Source of the DNA: Eutreptiella sp. 'Long Island Sound 2002'
Lineage: Eukaryota; Protista; Euglenida
Assembly: GCA_964036045.1 (NCBI GenBank)
Contig: OZ038379.1
Span: 9,796,001-9,860,000, forward strand
DNA: 64,000 nucleotides
Reading direction: 5' to 3'
Numbering within the stretch: the stretch's first letter is position 1; every line of letters starts with the position of its first letter. The position numbers and the translations under genes are program-made. The notes beneath the pieces are model-generated. The model was not told the DNA's origin, ran no database searches, and saw nothing but the letters and a program-made list of their open reading frames with translations. Positions 21,501 through 30,941 of this stretch are shown here, one piece after another.

Positions 21501-22535
21501 GCAATTGCGGTTGAGATACCCCTGATGAACCCAGAAGGTATGCAAAAGCACATGCGCACAGTCCAGCAGGTATGCAAGAAACGGCGACTCCCTCCCTTCA
21601 GTTTCACCCCAGGCCCCAGCCTGACCTTCCAAAACCCTCCGGTAGTGCCAAAAAATCTCCATTTCTTCGAGGAGTATGGAATGCGCGGTTGGTTTGATCA
21701 AGAAAACAAAAAACTTGGTACCGTGACATTACAGGGTGTTACTTTTGGAATGCAGATGCTACAACTATGGGACTCACACCCGCAAGGCCGCTTTGGGTAC
21801 ATTGTTAATGCTGCCCCCAAGCGTGCCAGGCCATTGTTGAATACCCACTTCGCTCAGCTTAGCAACAAATCAGTGATGCTTGCTGAGACTCAGTACCTGC
21901 AAGGTTGTTTACCTGGTGGATCCCACACAGGTACCCCCGTGCCAACAGTTCTGTTGTCCAGGTTCATGAATAATGCCTACATAGGGTTAGTGGCTATCCC
22001 CGCAAACATGTGTGATGCTGTAGTACAGTTTGTTGAGGTGTTCCTTAGCAGTTTATATAACATCCCAATGAAGTGGGAACAACACGGGCCTGTAAATGAC
22101 TGGTGTGAGTGCAGGGTAGTGACAGATCCTGAATTGGCCCTGCTTATGAAAGGTATTGCTTTCCAGCTGCCAGAGGAACCCAACCCGTCACCCGATGATG
22201 CCATTTGGGACAGATGGGTAGATGCAGCATCCCCCAACTGCCCATCGGTCGTCCAATCCATGATGCCTGCATTAACTGACAAAGCATTGGTATACGCCTT
22301 CCACAATACCCACCGGCAAATAAACCTGGCGTCCATTGTGAGGGGATGTGGATATAAAGGCTATTGTAAAAGTTGGTGGTGGCCCTCTTTCAGGGCACGC
22401 GTCCATGCTGCACGTCTCAATACACTAATTCCAGCCAGGCTAATCACAAAATGGGTTGGGGAGGGTCGGGGTTTCACGAGGTCTGTCGGGCCGGCTCGTG
22501 CTGCGCACTTCGCACCGGCCCTCCAGACCTCCTGA
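18501..22535 (+). mobile_element. Penelope-like retroelement ORF (N-terminal extension, GIY-YIG, RT), inactivated copy
   Basis: ORFs 18204..19007, 19086..21413 and 21435..22535 are one frame broken only by TAG at 19005 and 21411. GIY-YIG: AAYALLGKFPTYVGQ...RLVGH...E..IEKMLSPCCN. PLE RT: PTIFALPKWK, RNIISFANHP, ERDMDNCY, QGAKGVPIGGFLS, RFMNN (DD replaced). Confidence 0.85.
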
Positions 22536-22845
22536 TTTCTGATTTCTGTGTTTTCTGGTTTTCTGTTTCTTTTCTTTGCTTTTCTATTGTTGCTCTGATG
22601 GTACACGTAGTGCCTGTGCTTGCCCTCAGGACTTTTCAGTGATCTGCACAGTGCCAGCAACTCCTTCCACAGCGCGCGCGACCGCTGGCGCCTGAAAAAA
22701 CCCGCAGGGGCCCGAATCGCCTGTTCAAAAGTGGCCTTTTTGACTGACCAGAGCATTCGGTGCACAAAATGCGAATTTTCAAACAGCAATCTTATTTTTA
22801 AGACTAGTTTGAATTTTGAGCACCTTTAAGTCAGGGTTTCCAGGA

Positions 22846-23263
22846 TGTCCGATGATCGCTGGTTGCGGCGCTGCAACATGTTTCTCCTCTCAGTCAGGTC
22901 AAAGCAGGAATTGGTTGTAAAGTAGGGTATTCAGCCGCCGAGGCCAGAGCCCCACGACAGGACCACCAATCATGCAGTTGAGTGTGAACCAAACACAAGT
23001 AGCAATCCAGTGCTGAGTGAAAGCCAAAACTGTCCACCTGTTACGTTGCCTTTGGACAGGTTTTGTGAGGCATCCCCTGTGTGCGGGCTCTGCCATTCAT
23101 ACACTGACGATCCAGTGCTTGCCTGCTTGTCTGTGTTGAAGGATTGACTAGATTGATTCGATCCACATCCTGTTCTTGCTCTACTTGCTCCTTTGGTTTT
23201 GGGATTTCACCATCAAAAACCTGCAGAATTTCATCAAAATCTATAGGGCACTAATCAAGGACA
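22846..23263 (+). repeat. 5' LTR of the Ty3/gypsy element (TGTCC...GGACA, 418 bp)
   Basis: Perfect 5-bp inverted termini, directly upstream of a PBS-like sequence and gag; no second LTR in the window. Confidence 0.7.
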
Positions 23264-23269
23264 TCTTTC

Positions 23270-23281
23270 CGGTAGCAGAGG
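23270..23281 (+). promoter_or_regulatory. Primer-binding site, initiator tRNA-Met type (CGGTAGCAGAGG)
   Basis: Matches TGGTAGCAGAGG, the complement of the common tRNA-iMet 3' end, at 11/12 positions; 6 nt after the LTR end. Confidence 0.65.
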
Positions 23282-23353
23282 CAAACCCTGAGAACCTTTC
23301 GAACCGACTCTGAGCAGAAGCACAAGAAAAGCACACTGAAAAGCACATTGAAC

Positions 23354-25528
23354 ATGTCCACTCAACTGTCCTCCCGAACCTGGCCGATCAGAAGTGTACA
23401 AGTGCAACATGGCAGTGTAGCCCACCCAAAGAGTGAACCGCCACTCAGAGCAGCATCTGGGTCTCAGGAAGATCCAGAGCACAGAAGGGCGGAACTAAAT
23501 CCGCCCAGAACAATCCCATTAACCATGGAAACCTTAGCGGCCCATGGTGAAGACAGCGTGCAAAGGCTCCGCAGGCGTGTCGAAGCTTCCATCGCCCGGT
23601 CGGCTTGTCCGGCCTCGTCTTCCACCGTACTTGGAGTTGGTCCTGAAGAACAAGAGGACCTACGAAGGAGGATGGACGAGTTCATGCTCCACGAAGAGTA
23701 CCACAAGTCCACCGTAGGAGAAGATGGAGAAATACCTCTTGATGCTCTCGGGTCGCCGCCCCAAACTGAGATGGGCTCCTTCCTCTATTCTGGGCCATCT
23801 ACAGACATGGCGGACACAGTATCACTACCGAGACGACCAAGAGTACACGAACACCCGAGAGCAAGGCATCCAGACCTGCCGATAATGGATCCTCTTCGCC
23901 CAGAGCCCACCCATGGGGCTCTGGATCGTAGGGCCGAACTTTTGGCCAAACTTCTATCCGGATCGGAAGACCCGGATGTGACAGCTCTGTCAGAGGCTGT
24001 CAAGGCTAAATTGGGTATCACTGAACCCTTACCCAAGCCAGCGCTACTCTCACCTTCACCCGGATTGAGCACGTTGGCTGATGATCTCAAAAGATCAAGG
24101 GTGTCCAGGTTACTACCCAAGGTCACTTGCCCCAGCCCTTTTCATCCTCGCGCCAGGACAGTCCTTATTGCTGAACTACAGGACGTGCCGGTGACGGAGA
24201 CTGAGAAAAGAGGGTTGTCAGCCCTGGCACCTCTTGCCGGCGTATCTCCTTCTCCTTCTGGCCTAACCCCGGGGGTTGGGAAGATGGGCAGACCTATTGC
24301 CCAGGCGAACATCCAGCTAGAACTGCCGGAGTTCGACCCGAAAAATCTGCCTGAATGGGCAGAAGAATTTGCTGAGTTTCTTTTGCTCACTGGCCAATCC
24401 CATGTGGATGTGGCCACCAAATGCTCCTTGCTGAAACGCTCCTGCAAAAAGAAATTTTTGCAAAAACAGGTGAAACAGATTGTGAAAACCTGTTCAACCT
24501 GGGTAGAGGTACTCCAGAGATTGGAGAAAACATTCCCAGTCTATGAGACTGACCTCAGTGTGCGCACACAGATAGAGGAGCTACCTATGCTCCCTGAGTT
24601 TCCTTCCTCTGCGCGAGTCTCTGAATACGTGTGCGACCTGGAGTATCTGTTTTCACGGATGAACGTGGGCTCCTACGGAGCCACTGAGCCCCACCTGTGG
24701 CTCATGAGTAAGATTCCCCAACGTACGTGGGATGACTACCGCGCTACCTCTGCGAGGAAAAGCCGGACCCACTCGTACGACGAACTGGTGGACCTGCTGA
24801 TTGAGCTAGCTCTTGAGAGGGAGAATGACTCCCACATGGAGAAATTCCTCAAGAAGCACTTGGGTCGAGGTGGTACCCCTACCCCCGAACGTGGCGAAGG
24901 GAAAGGGCCTAAAAATCCCACTAACACCAACCAGGGAGGTGGGAAAGGGAGGGGTAACCTACGTGCCATGAATGAGGTTAAACCTGATGCAGGTACACCC
25001 CCTCTGTTCTACTGCAAACCTGTCAATGACAAGGGGGGGCCTTGTCATGCCCCTGACTGCGATCACCGCAGTAGCTGTATGCTGCAGATGAAACGACAGC
25101 AGCATACCAAGGATGGGAAACCTGTGACCCATCAGGATCATTTCAGGTGTACCATCACCTGTGGCTATTGTGGCAAACGTCGTCACTACGAAGACGAATG
25201 TCACATAAAGAAACGCGAGAGTGATAAACTCAAGCGACAGGAGGCTGAATGCCAGAAGACCCAAACACCCACCAGAAGTCCCCCGAATGGGGATAAAGGT
25301 GGTAAAGGAGGTGGCAAGGGGGGTGGCAAAGTTGGACCCCCTAACCCCCAGAGACGCTCATCAACGCCCGCTGCTACTCCCCCTCCTGCCGCAGGTGACC
25401 CCAAGAAGCGCCCACAGGGGGATAACGCTTCCCCTGAGGGGAATAACTCCAAGAAGAGGCGACTGGCCTGGATGGCCAAGTCCCTCATGGCTGCAGGGGT
25501 GGATGTCAAGTTCCCTGATGAGGAGTAG
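23354..25528 (+). CDS. gag: Ty3/gypsy Gag with CCHC zinc knuckle
   Basis: Capsid-like LPEFDPKNLPEWAEEF...; CGYCGKRRHYEDEC (Cx2Cx4Hx4C); extra Cys/His cluster just upstream; ends in TAG in frame with pol. Confidence 0.85.
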   Translation: MSTQLSSRTWPIRSVQVQHGSVAHPKSEPPLRAASGSQEDPEHRRAELNPPRTIPLTMETLAAHGEDSVQRLRRRVEASIARSACPASSSTVLGVGPEEQEDLRRRMDEFMLHEEYHKSTVGEDGEIPLDALGSPPQTEMGSFLYSGPSTDMADTVSLPRRPRVHEHPRARHPDLPIMDPLRPEPTHGALDRRAELLAKLLSGSEDPDVTALSEAVKAKLGITEPLPKPALLSPSPGLSTLADDLKRSRVSRLLPKVTCPSPFHPRARTVLIAELQDVPVTETEKRGLSALAPLAGVSPSPSGLTPGVGKMGRPIAQANIQLELPEFDPKNLPEWAEEFAEFLLLTGQSHVDVATKCSLLKRSCKKKFLQKQVKQIVKTCSTWVEVLQRLEKTFPVYETDLSVRTQIEELPMLPEFPSSARVSEYVCDLEYLFSRMNVGSYGATEPHLWLMSKIPQRTWDDYRATSARKSRTHSYDELVDLLIELALERENDSHMEKFLKKHLGRGGTPTPERGEGKGPKNPTNTNQGGGKGRGNLRAMNEVKPDAGTPPLFYCKPVNDKGGPCHAPDCDHRSSCMLQMKRQQHTKDGKPVTHQDHFRCTITCGYCGKRRHYEDECHIKKRESDKLKRQEAECQKTQTPTRSPPNGDKGGKGGGKGGGKVGPPNPQRRSSTPAATPPPAAGDPKKRPQGDNASPEGNNSKKRRLAWMAKSLMAAGVDVKFPDEE

Positions 25529-28500
25529 GGGGGCGGCTCCGAAGAGGAGGACTTGGTTTTCTGGATCCTCGTGAAAATTGGGGATCAAGTTTTTCAAGCG
25601 GTGCTTGACACCGGTGCAACACTTTCCATAGTGGCCCGGCGCCTGCTAAGGACTTTCAAGAAAACTAAGACCGTGGCCATAAGAGTAGGGGATGGGCGTA
25701 CCATCCATTCCTTGGGGGGAGTCGATGTGACTATATGCTTGGGCGACGAAACTGTGACCCAGCACTGCAGAGTGCTGGACACCGACGCCTTTGACATCGT
25801 CATTGGTACCGACTTCCTACGAAGAAACCCCCAGGTAAAAATGCTGTCTCTCCAGCGCCCCTATTCTTTGCACTGCGACTTTGGCAGTGGGCTTTTCTCC
25901 GTACCTTTGGAGCTGTCAGGACGAAAAGAGTCTAGGCTGCGCTGCGCATCCAAGGCTAACTATCGTACTGAAAACTACCAATTGGCCCGTCACGTTCTTG
26001 AAAATGGACTGGCGGCCCTTCAGGTAAACCTGGATGAGATCCAGGTCGAATTGTTTGCGAGCCGGCAACAGCACATTATGCAGTTGTACTGCTCGAAACA
26101 TTTAAACAACGCTTTCCGTTTCTTCTGGAAAGCAATGGGCCTAGCGTATGCTAACCCTCCCTTCTCCCTGCTCGCGAAGGTTCTAACCAAAATCGCTTAT
26201 GAGGGAGGAAGGGTTGTCATGTGCACCCCTGATTGGGGCTGCTCTGGTGAACACGCTTACTGGCGCCGTATGCTAGATCGAATGACCGTGGGAAGAGTGC
26301 AAATCCCCGACGGTCCCATCTATGTGCCTGAGGACTCAGACACAGCTATGCAGGCCCCTGAGTGGGCTAGTTTCTTATCCATCGTTGATGGATCTCTCAA
26401 TCCTGTACCCCTGTGTGACCTAGACCAGGTGCTACTGAAAGAGGTCATGGCCGAAAATCGTGGCCTGACCCTTTGTGATCTCAAAAACCGATCTCCTGAG
26501 CACCTATCTGCCACACTTACAGGGTGTGAATCTCCCGATGGCTATCTGGAACCTGCAGCTATTAAGGAGGATGCTGACGACCAACTGTCTGAGATCGCCA
26601 GCACTATCCCTCCTGTTGATCCCAGCTGTGTTGACCTAAAACACAGTGCCTTCCTAGCCCAGCTGTTGCTGGAGGAGGTAGATCTAGAGTCGACCTCAGA
26701 ACCCGCTCCCCCTGTTGGGAAGCCAGTGCTACACATGCAGCCTATGCACACAGGTGAACCCGTGGCCCGGAGTCCTGATGCTCTGGCGCGGCCTGCTTCT
26801 AATAACATGCCACTGTCTGAGCATGACACTCAGGAACTCCGGCGGCTGTTGTACCTGAAGGCCGAAGGTATTGAGCGCCAAGAGCGGCTGCAATACCTCA
26901 GACAGACCTGGAAATCCTCCATCTGGTCTGAGGAGGACGATGATTCCTATACGCTGCCTGATCCTGAGATACCGCTAGTGTATTCTCTGCACTATGGGCA
27001 GCAATGTCCCCCTGAGTGGGACGATGGTTCTGTGCCTGCCGAAACTGCGGATCGGCAGAAAAAGAAAGAACATGGAAAGAGCAACCTCCATGCTGAGGAG
27101 GATTTCCTGCAGAAACTCGAGAGTCTTAACCTTGACCCCCGACTGAAGAAACTGCTGATAACCTATGAGGAGGTGTTCGGCGCCTTGCCGCCCCCCCTCT
27201 CTTGTAAAAATTTGGTCCAGATGGACCTGAAACTGAAACCTGAATTTGAAAAGACGCGAGTGAGGCGTCGTCCCTATCCCGCTCCACAGGAACAGGTTGA
27301 AGAAATCGAGCGCCAGATCCAGGACTGTATTGATGCTGGCCTCGTTGAAGAATATAAGAAGGGGGACTACCCCCATCACCGCAGTCCCTGTTTCCTGGTT
27401 GCTAAACCAGGGTCGACTGCCCTACGACTGGTTGTTGACTATGGTGAGGTCAACAAGAAAACCCAGAACCACTCAGGGAGTATTCCTAACATGGAAAATA
27501 CCCTGGAGCGTATTGCCAAATGCAGGTACAAGACCAAAATGGACAAACGCTCTGGTTTCTGGCAGGTGGACCTAACCGCCGCAGCTCAGGAGCTGCTCGC
27601 TTTTATAACCCCTAAGGGTCGTGTCTTTAAGTGGAAGGTCATGCCTTTCGGGGTGGCTAATGCCCCAGCGCTCTTCCAGGAGCTAATGAACAAAATTTTG
27701 TACATACTGAGGCGCAAGCCTCTAGTACAGGAGTTGATTTCTCGGGGTGCAGAAATGGAGGCCCACATCGACGACGTGAGTTTGGGTACTAATACTCAAG
27801 AGGACCATGTCCTTCTCCTCCGTGAATTTTTCATTGTTTGTCAAGAAAACCATCTCCGAATCAAACTCGAAAAATGTGAGTTTATGAAAGAGGAGATGGA
27901 ATATTTGGGTTTCGACGTGGGGTATGGCTGGTGGAAACCAGCCGCGTCTAAGATGCAGCCCCTACAGGACATGCAGATTCGCGATGACCCTAAGAAGGGT
28001 CTACACGATGTGAGGAGTTTTGTGGGCGCCTGTAATTTCTATCGGCGTCACATCCACAATTTTACCTACTCCTCTGCCCCCCTCACTGACCTAATCAAGA
28101 AAACTACTCCCTGGAGGTGGACCGCCAGAGAGGAGGAGTGTTTCCAGGAGTTGAAGAAGAAAATTGCCTCCTCCAACTGCCTGGGAGTGCCCCGCCCTAA
28201 GGGCGAGATAGTCCTGATCACTGATGCCAGTGATGTAGGGGGGGGTGGAACGATCTACCAATGGCAAGAGCTTAACCCCGCTGAACTAACCCACTGCCAT
28301 TATCGTACTAGTGGACTGAACCGTGATGGCTCGCTGAAACATGACTATCCTACCAGTGAGTGGCGGCTGGTGCCACTAGGACACTGGAATTGGAAATGGA
28401 ACCAAGCGCGTTCCAATTACAGCACCTATGACCAGGAACTCCTGGCCGGTATGTTGGTGCTTTCGTCACAATCCCGACTCCTGGGATCTAATCCTATTGT

Positions 28501-28585
28501 CTGGCTATGTGACCAGGAACCTGTGAAGTCTTTTCAGAAGGGTCCACCGCCAGAGAAAGCAAAATTAAAGCGGTGGTGGACTTAG
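25529..28585 (+). CDS. pol: Ty3/gypsy Pol: aspartic protease, Dam-like methyltransferase, RT, truncated RNase H; integrase missing
   Basis: VLDTGAT; VELFAS...YANPPFSLLAKVL; KMDKRSGFWQ, PFGVANAPALFQ, HIDDV; TDASDVG, YDQELLA. The sequence breaks at KRWWT where RNase H should continue. Confidence 0.9.
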   Translation, partial: GGGSEEEDLVFWILVKIGDQVFQAVLDTGATLSIVARRLLRTFKKTKTVAIRVGDGRTIHSLGGVDVTICLGDETVTQHCRVLDTDAFDIVIGTDFLRRNPQVKMLSLQRPYSLHCDFGSGLFSVPLELSGRKESRLRCASKANYRTENYQLARHVLENGLAALQVNLDEIQVELFASRQQHIMQLYCSKHLNNAFRFFWKAMGLAYANPPFSLLAKVLTKIAYEGGRVVMCTPDWGCSGEHAYWRRMLDRMTVGRVQIPDGPIYVPEDSDTAMQAPEWASFLSIVDGSLNPVPLCDLDQVLLKEVMAENRGLTLCDLKNRSPEHLSATLTGCESPDGYLEPAAIKEDADDQLSEIASTIPPVDPSCVDLKHSAFLAQLLLEEVDLESTSEPAPPVGKPVLHMQPMHTGEPVARSPDALARPASNNMPLSEHDTQELRRLLYLKAEGIERQERLQYLRQTWKSSIWSEEDDDSYTLPDPEIPLVYSLHYGQQCPPEWDDGSVPAETADRQKKKEHGKSNLHAEEDFLQKLESLNLDPRLKKLLITYEEVFGALPPPLSCKNLVQMDLKLKPEFEKTRVRRRPYPAPQEQVEEIERQIQDCIDAGLVEEYKKGDYPHHRSPCFLVAKPGSTALRLVVDYGEVNKKTQNHSGSIPNMENTLERIAKCRYKTKMDKRSGFWQVDLTAAAQELLAFITPKGRVFKWKVMPFGVANAPALFQELMNKILYILRRKPLVQELISRGAEMEAHIDDVSLGTNTQEDHVLLLREFFIVCQENHLRIKLEKCEFMKEEMEYLGFDVGYGWWKPAASKMQPLQDMQIRDDPKKGLHDVRSFVGACNFYRRHIHNFTYSSAPLTDLIKKTTPWRWTAREEECFQELKKKIASSNCLGVPRPKGEIVLITDASDVGGGGTIYQWQELNPAELTHCHYRTSGLNRDGSLKHDYPTSEWRLVPLGHWNWKWNQARSNYSTYDQELLAGMLVLSSQSRLLGSNPIVWLCDQEPVKSFQKGPPPEKAKLKRWWT

Positions 28586-30777
28586 TGCCACGGCCGCTAT
28601 TGGTAGTGTTATCAGTGTTTCTGTGTTATGGCCGCTGTTGACAGTGAGTGGTGTCATGTCTCTTGAGGCCACAGTCCCAGTGTTGCTGCCGCCATTCACA
28701 GTCTCATTTGTACTGCGGATGGAGATGATGCTTTCCATGGAGAAAAGAGGGCAACCATCGCTGTCACGGGAGCATTGCAAGCGCTGCGGACGCCAACGTG
28801 GAGAGCAGCACGTGGAGAGGCACTGCAGGACAGCGTGAGCTAAAGGTTGTGGGTTTGTGTGTAGGTGTGTTTGTGCGCGCTTGATGGCTGTGCAGTGCAG
28901 TCATTTTCAGTCAGCGTTGCTGGCCGGTACGAACCTTTGGTCCAGCAGCCGAGTTTTGGATACTGTCACGCTTCGGTGGTAGGATTGCGATTGCATGTCT
29001 TTTGTTGTGGTTTTGCCAGTTTGAAAATGGATTGAGGCTGATTCCAACTCAAAAGACTTAGATGCGAAAACTGGGTTTGAAGGGTTTTGATACGTAAGCA
29101 AAGTAAGTTACCATTCATCCCAACCGTAACTCAGACACACTGGTAACACAATTTTGAGCCCATCCGTAACTCACACCCATTCGTAACTCACAATGGAGCC
29201 CATCCGTGTGGCTGAATGTTTCTACCGTGAAATAATGGCGCACCTGCAGAATTATGTCCAATTTCTTTTGCATGCGGCAGGTGACGCGCAGCGTTTTGCG
29301 CAATTATTGTATGTCTTCAGCAGGGTGGGAGCAATTGCCACCGTCATTGTTGCCATGGTTTCCCATGCTGGCATTGTGACCATTGTACTGTCACGCTTGC
29401 AGTTTTTTGTCGTCACCTTTTGCATGGAAAACCCCTCATTTCAAGTCATTTTCCCACTTGCGATTCCTGTTTTTGCTATATTTCGCATCGTGTTTTCACT
29501 GGTCAACCACTGTCATATTGGCGAGGGGACGCATTCCATTTGGGGATGGGTGTATGCAACAATGCTCATGGAAGGGTCAACCACAAAGGCATGATATCAT
29601 GCTTGCACCAGTGTGTGTGCGCCTGTGTGTCTGATGCAATGTGTCTGATCCAAATTCCCTCCATCATTGTTGCACCAGTTGAGTAGAAAAAATGTTTTTG
29701 TTATTTTGCAGCGCAAACACAGAGGCTACGGAAACTGAATTGAATCAGTGGTATCTGCACAAATAAAGTCGATTTTTTGGATGTTTTTTTCCTATTTTGG
29801 TGCTACATTGCCTCGATAATAAGTTTCATGTTTAGTAGTAAGAATCCATCGTTGGCGAATCTAGGTTGCCCAGACAAGGTACCACCAATGGTGGCAAGGG
29901 ATGTTTTGTAGCCTCAGCCCCGCCGCCGTCAAAGATGCAATACAAAATTCTGCTGTCACACGGCGAATGCAGAGGAAGGATCAGAATTGTTTCCACGTGG
30001 CATGGCGGCTTTCATTAATGGTGGTGAAGGTTTTCTGCGCCCGGGTAACGTTGGCAATCTCAATGGTGGGATCACTGCAGATGGTGAACAATTTGGTCTC
30101 ACAAATATGCAGCATTACCCATGAATGTGACAGGTTCTAGATGATACTGCACAACAAAAATATTTGTACATCACTCTATGATTGCAATGATGCGGCGCTG
30201 TTCACCGTTAACCTTTGTCAGTGTGTGTTTAACAAAGGACACTTGCATGTTGATGTTGCCGCACCCGGTTAAAAGGAAACAAATATTCCAATTGGAAATC
30301 ACAAAATTAGGTAACGGTAATAGGGGTGTAAGCTCAGCGGCTTTTCGGTGAGTACGGTGAGTTCCCATTTTGCCCGTTTTGCAACCGGTGAGTGGCGATG
30401 TGTAGTTTTTAATAACAGTGTGGGAAGGGGATTTCTTTCGCGTGTTTTGTAGTGCTTGCATGGTTGGCGTTGTATTCAGGCTAAGACTCAGACTCTTGCA
30501 AATGCTCAACGGTGCAGTGTTTTCATGTTTTTCTTTTTTGTGTAGTGCTATGGAATCCCCAAGTTTTTGTGCACACAATGGTTCAGTTTTTGTGAACAAC
30601 AGTTGGGCAGTGAAGTAGGAGTGGTGGACTAGTTATGATGCTTTAAGGAAGTTGACACGTTTCAAAGCAAAGGATGTGTGCATCACGGGATTGAAAGCAG
30701 GTGTAGTGCCGTCTTTTAACAACGCCCAAACATGCTAAAAATAGCATTTTCGTGTTGCACTGTGTTTCATTCAACAG

Positions 30778-30941
30778 AGTATTTTGGGGCAAGGACCCCT
30801 AGCTATGTGAAAGTGGAGGCCAAAACCGTTGGAGTTTTGCGCGTTGGCATGAGGGATCAGGCCAAAAAGATAATAAATTTTTCTGCTTTTACATTGGACA
30901 AACAGAGAGTGGACTTTGCCGAGCTTCGCTCGGAACCACAG
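30778..30941 (+). CDS. Possible upstream exon (may or may not belong to the MORN gene)
   Basis: CAACAG acceptor, single open frame EYFGARTPSYVKVEAKTVGVLRVG..., GT donor at 30942; linkage not established. Confidence 0.25.

Larger units (their letters stand above)
22846..28584 (+). mobile_element. 3'-truncated Ty3/gypsy LTR retrotransposon inserted downstream of the Penelope-like ORF
   Basis: LTR, PBS, gag, PR-RT-RH order; abrupt change to unrelated sequence after 28584. Confidence 0.88.

Noticed and set aside
16606-22535. Standard DIRS retrotransposon (YR plus its own RT)
   Set aside because: The RT motifs are Penelope-type with a GIY-YIG domain and no RNase H; DIRS RTs are Ty3-like with RNase H.
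19005-25528. Genome-wide reassignment of TAG to a sense codon (three in-frame TAGs in TE ORFs)
   Set aside because: The 1244-codon host gene model has no in-frame TAG, and TAG ends the transposase and cargo ORFs at sensible positions; mutation and local readthrough explain the cases.
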